This document shows, in pieces, positions 30,181-32,492 of a stretch of DNA of 32,492 nt. Positions within the stretch are counted from its first letter, which is position 1. Each line of letters starts with the position of its first letter. The translations under genes and the position numbers were made by a program. The notes under the pieces are model-generated. The model searched no databases. It was not told where the DNA came from and worked only from the letters and a program-made list of their open reading frames with translations. Source of the stretch: Thiomargarita sp. (lineage in GTDB: Bacteria > Pseudomonadota > Gammaproteobacteria > Beggiatoales > Beggiatoaceae). The stretch covers positions 1 to 32,492 of the forward strand of contig DYSU01000028.1 in assembly GCA_020726335.1 (NCBI GenBank). Direction: 5' to 3'.

Positions 30181-30906
30181 ATGAGGGTTAATTTTATTTT
30201 GAAGATGACGATTGTGAAACTACCTGCCGATTATTTACCCTTATTACAACGAATACCTTTGTGTCGGGCATTGACCGCTGCGCAATTTGATGCTTTGATG
30301 AAGCAGGCCAAATACTATGAATTGTCTGAAGGTGTGTATTTGTTTTATCAAGGTGAGCCTTTGCAGGAATTGTTTATCTGTTTGGACGGTTGTATCAAAT
30401 TGTTTTTATTGACTGCCAACGGCGATGAGAAAATCATTGAACTGATTGGCGCAGGCCAAAGTTTTGCCGAAGCCGTGTTGTTCATGGGCAAAAAATTATT
30501 TCCTGTCCATGCCGTGGCAATCAGACCCGCTAAAGTGGTGGGTTTAAACGCCCGTCAATATGAAGCCATTTTGCGCACTTCGGTTGACCAATGTTTTACT
30601 TTATTGGCGTTGATGAGCCAACGTATGCACTGGCTGTTGAATGAGATTGACCGCTTGACACTGCATAATGCCACGTTTCGTTTGGTGTTTTTTTTATTGG
30701 AAAGTGAAAAAACCAGCATGATCAATGATGTGGTGATTTTAGATATTCCAAAACACATGGTGGCTTCACGTTTATCCATCAAGCCTGAAACCTTATCACG
30801 CATTCTTAAACACTTGATTGATGAAGAATTAATCAGTGTGCATGAACAACACATTGCATTCTTGAATCGCCCTGTATTGGAAAATATGTTGAAGATGTCC
30901 GCTTAA
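30181..30906 (+). CDS. Crp/Fnr-family transcriptional regulator (cNMP-binding domain plus C-terminal HTH)
   Basis: A beta-roll cNMP-binding-like region is present (YLFYQGEPLQELFICLDGCIKLF). The C-terminal HTH is VASRLSIKPETLSRILKHLIDEELI. There is no FNR-type N-terminal Cys cluster. The start is uncertain: ATG 30181 or ATG 30205. The ORF-track start at 30076 overlaps the flotillin gene. Confidence 0.7.
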   Translation: MRVNFILKMTIVKLPADYLPLLQRIPLCRALTAAQFDALMKQAKYYELSEGVYLFYQGEPLQELFICLDGCIKLFLLTANGDEKIIELIGAGQSFAEAVLFMGKKLFPVHAVAIRPAKVVGLNARQYEAILRTSVDQCFTLLALMSQRMHWLLNEIDRLTLHNATFRLVFFLLESEKTSMINDVVILDIPKHMVASRLSIKPETLSRILKHLIDEELISVHEQHIAFLNRPVLENMLKMSA

Positions 30907-31133
30907 ATCAGCCGATAATCAAACACTTTGCTAAATGCTTGTTTAAATTGATCTAAAGTAAATTGGTGGGTTTGGCTGCCGTGGTATTGTGACACAATAC
31001 CCCACAACAAATTGGCAATGTGGCCTGCGGTTTCCCAATCTTTATCATGGGCGATACTGAATAAAATGCCCCCACACAAAACGCAAGGTTTGTGCAATGT
31101 CACATTGCTTAAGCCATTGTTCATAAACGGCAA
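30903..31133 (-). pseudogene. 3'-terminal remnant of a second PfkB-family kinase gene (degraded tandem paralog)
   Basis: The 76-aa ORF aligns at about 50% identity with the last 65 residues of the adjacent intact PfkB gene (DWETAGHIANLLWGIVSQYHGSQTHQFTLDQFKQAF vs DWQTTGRIAALMGAIKIEHHGTQNHHFSLSEFKQRF). DNA similarity with 31164-31360 is also visible. No N-terminal two-thirds of the protein is present. Confidence 0.5.
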
Positions 31134-31163
31134 AAATCAATGAACCACAAACTAAAATTTGCA

Positions 31164-32102
31164 TCAGATGTTCAGCTCAAAACCATAGGTGTTGACAAAA
31201 CGTTGTTTGAATTCGCTCAAACTAAAATGGTGGTTTTGCGTGCCGTGGTGTTCAATTTTAATCGCCCCCATCAACGCGGCAATGCGGCCTGTGGTTTGCC
31301 AATCCAAATCATTCAACAAACCATACAACACCCCCGCACGATAAGCATCGCCGCAACCTGTTGGATCGTTAACCACGTCTGTTTTAGCGATGGGAATAAA
31401 ATAACAGGTGTCATCCGCATAAATCAACGAACCTTCAGCGCCTTTGGTGATAATCAATGCACTCACCCGTTGTGCCACCGCTTCAGGCGTTAAACCCGTG
31501 CGTCCATGCAACAACTGCCATTCATAATCGTTGAGAATCACCCATTGGGCTTGTTCGATAAATTGCAATAAATCGGTTTCATCAAACAACGGCATCCCTT
31601 GACCTGGGTCAAAAATAAAGGGAATATTGGCGTAATTCAATTGGTTGGCGTGTTCAATCATGCCATCGCGGCCATCGGGCGATACCATGGCAATTTTAAT
31701 GTTTTTGGCATCGTTTACACTTAAAGTATGAGAAAAATTCATCGCCCCCGGATGGAACGCAGTGATTTGATTGTCGGCTAAATCAGTGGTGATAAAGGCT
31801 TGAGCGGTATAAGTGTGGGGGATTTTAACCAGATGTTGTTGATTAATTTGATGTTTAGCAAACCATTGGGCATAATGGTCAAAATCCATACCAACCGTGG
31901 CCATTGGCACAGGTTCTTCGCCCAATAATTTCAAATTATAAGCGATATTGCCAGCACAACCCCCAAATTCTCGGCGCATATCAGGCACCAGAAAAGAAAC
32001 ATTCAAAATATGCACTTGCTCTGGTAAAATATGGTTTTGAAATTTATCATTAAAAACCATAATGGTATCAAAGGCAACTGATCCGCAAATTAAAGCCGAC
32101 AT
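31164..32102 (-). CDS. PfkB-family carbohydrate/nucleoside kinase (ribokinase superfamily, adenosine-kinase-like)
   Basis: The N-terminus MSALICGSVAFDTIM is present. The C-terminal DPTGCGDAYRAG anion-hole motif is present. I moved the start to ATG 32102 (AGGAA 8 nt upstream), which gives the family-typical N-terminus. The ORF-track start at 32159 adds 19 unconserved residues. Confidence 0.8.
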   Translation of the reverse strand: MSALICGSVAFDTIMVFNDKFQNHILPEQVHILNVSFLVPDMRREFGGCAGNIAYNLKLLGEEPVPMATVGMDFDHYAQWFAKHQINQQHLVKIPHTYTAQAFITTDLADNQITAFHPGAMNFSHTLSVNDAKNIKIAMVSPDGRDGMIEHANQLNYANIPFIFDPGQGMPLFDETDLLQFIEQAQWVILNDYEWQLLHGRTGLTPEAVAQRVSALIITKGAEGSLIYADDTCYFIPIAKTDVVNDPTGCGDAYRAGVLYGLLNDLDWQTTGRIAALMGAIKIEHHGTQNHHFSLSEFKQRFVNTYGFELNI

Positions 32103-32197
32103 CCACAAATTCCTGAAAAAGCGATTAGCATAGGTCAGATTGATTTTATTTGTCAACACTACAATGGTTATGTAATTAAAAGGCAGAGGGTAAAATA

Positions 32198-32392
32198 ATG
32201 GAAGTGATTTATAGTTTAATTCCTGGCATGATTTTTTTCGGTCTGGTGTTCACTTTGATTTTATTTTGGGCGATCAGTAAAGGCCAATACGATGATTTAG
32301 AAGGGGATGGCCAGCGAATTTTGATGGATGATGAAAAAAATCCCAAAACTGACCAGATGCTAGATAACCGTTGTAGGCCAGATGCCGATTAA
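32198..32392 (+). CDS. ccoS: cbb3-type cytochrome oxidase maturation protein CcoS/FixS
   Basis: The 64-aa protein has a single transmembrane helix and an SKGQYDDLEGDGQRILMDDE motif. This matches the CcoS consensus SGQFDDL(D/E)G...IL.DD. SD AGAGGG is upstream. Confidence 0.75.
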   Translation: MEVIYSLIPGMIFFGLVFTLILFWAISKGQYDDLEGDGQRILMDDEKNPKTDQMLDNRCRPDAD

Positions 32393-32404
32393 TAACTTCT
32401 TGGA

Positions 32405-32473
32405 AAAGCATAAAAATAAAAGTGTAAAAAAATCCCCAAAAAAGCTTGACAGTGGTGAAGAGAGCTGTATAAT
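32405..32473 (+). promoter_or_regulatory. Near-consensus sigma70 promoter with an A/T-rich UP element and a GC-rich discriminator (rRNA/tRNA-operon type), firing out of the window
   Basis: TTGACA is at 32446-32451. A 16-nt spacer follows. TATAAT is at 32468-32473. GCGCGTC lies downstream of -10. A-tracts lie upstream at 32411-32444. Confidence 0.5.
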
Positions 32474-32492
32474 GCGCGTCTCTGTTGTTGAG

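Overview
This is a gammaproteobacterial-type chromosomal window (pepA-holC synteny) of about 47% GC, with several AT-richer insertions. I support 31 protein-coding genes plus a few RNA-level signals. The left end carries a minus-strand sulfide-oxidation operon: flavocytochrome c sulfide dehydrogenase fccA and fccB, a c4-like diheme cytochrome c, a NapC/NirT-family membrane tetraheme cytochrome, and a secreted ankyrin-repeat protein. Housekeeping genes follow: hisG, murA, a PAS-GGDEF diguanylate cyclase, cytochrome c4, hemE, glk, manC, pcnB, pepA, holC, rfbB and apaH. The features of most interest are these. (1) A compact, AT-rich two-gene cassette at 18849-20329 is wedged between pcnB and pepA. 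It encodes a beta-class DPPY DNA methyltransferase and a single-domain MutH/Sau3AI-family endonuclease, i.e. a putative GATC-specific Type II restriction-modification (R-M) system with an unusual nickase-sized nuclease. (2) The fccAB operon is extended with two extra cytochromes, including a NapC/NirT quinol-dehydrogenase-like protein. (3) The divergent 350-bp region between a PP-loop ATPase gene and glk contains two intrinsic-terminator-like hairpins and a palindrome. These suggest a small RNA and/or a leader attenuator. (4) A degraded tandem partial duplicate of a PfkB kinase gene sits next to the intact copy. (5) An orphan yejB-like ABC permease is translationally coupled to manC. (6) A 752-aa phospholipase D (two HKD motifs) lipoprotein overlaps a prepilin-like gene. 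(7) A flotillin has tandem 39-aa repeats. (8) A near-consensus rRNA/tRNA-type promoter sits at the right edge. No CRISPR array, rRNA or tRNA was found.
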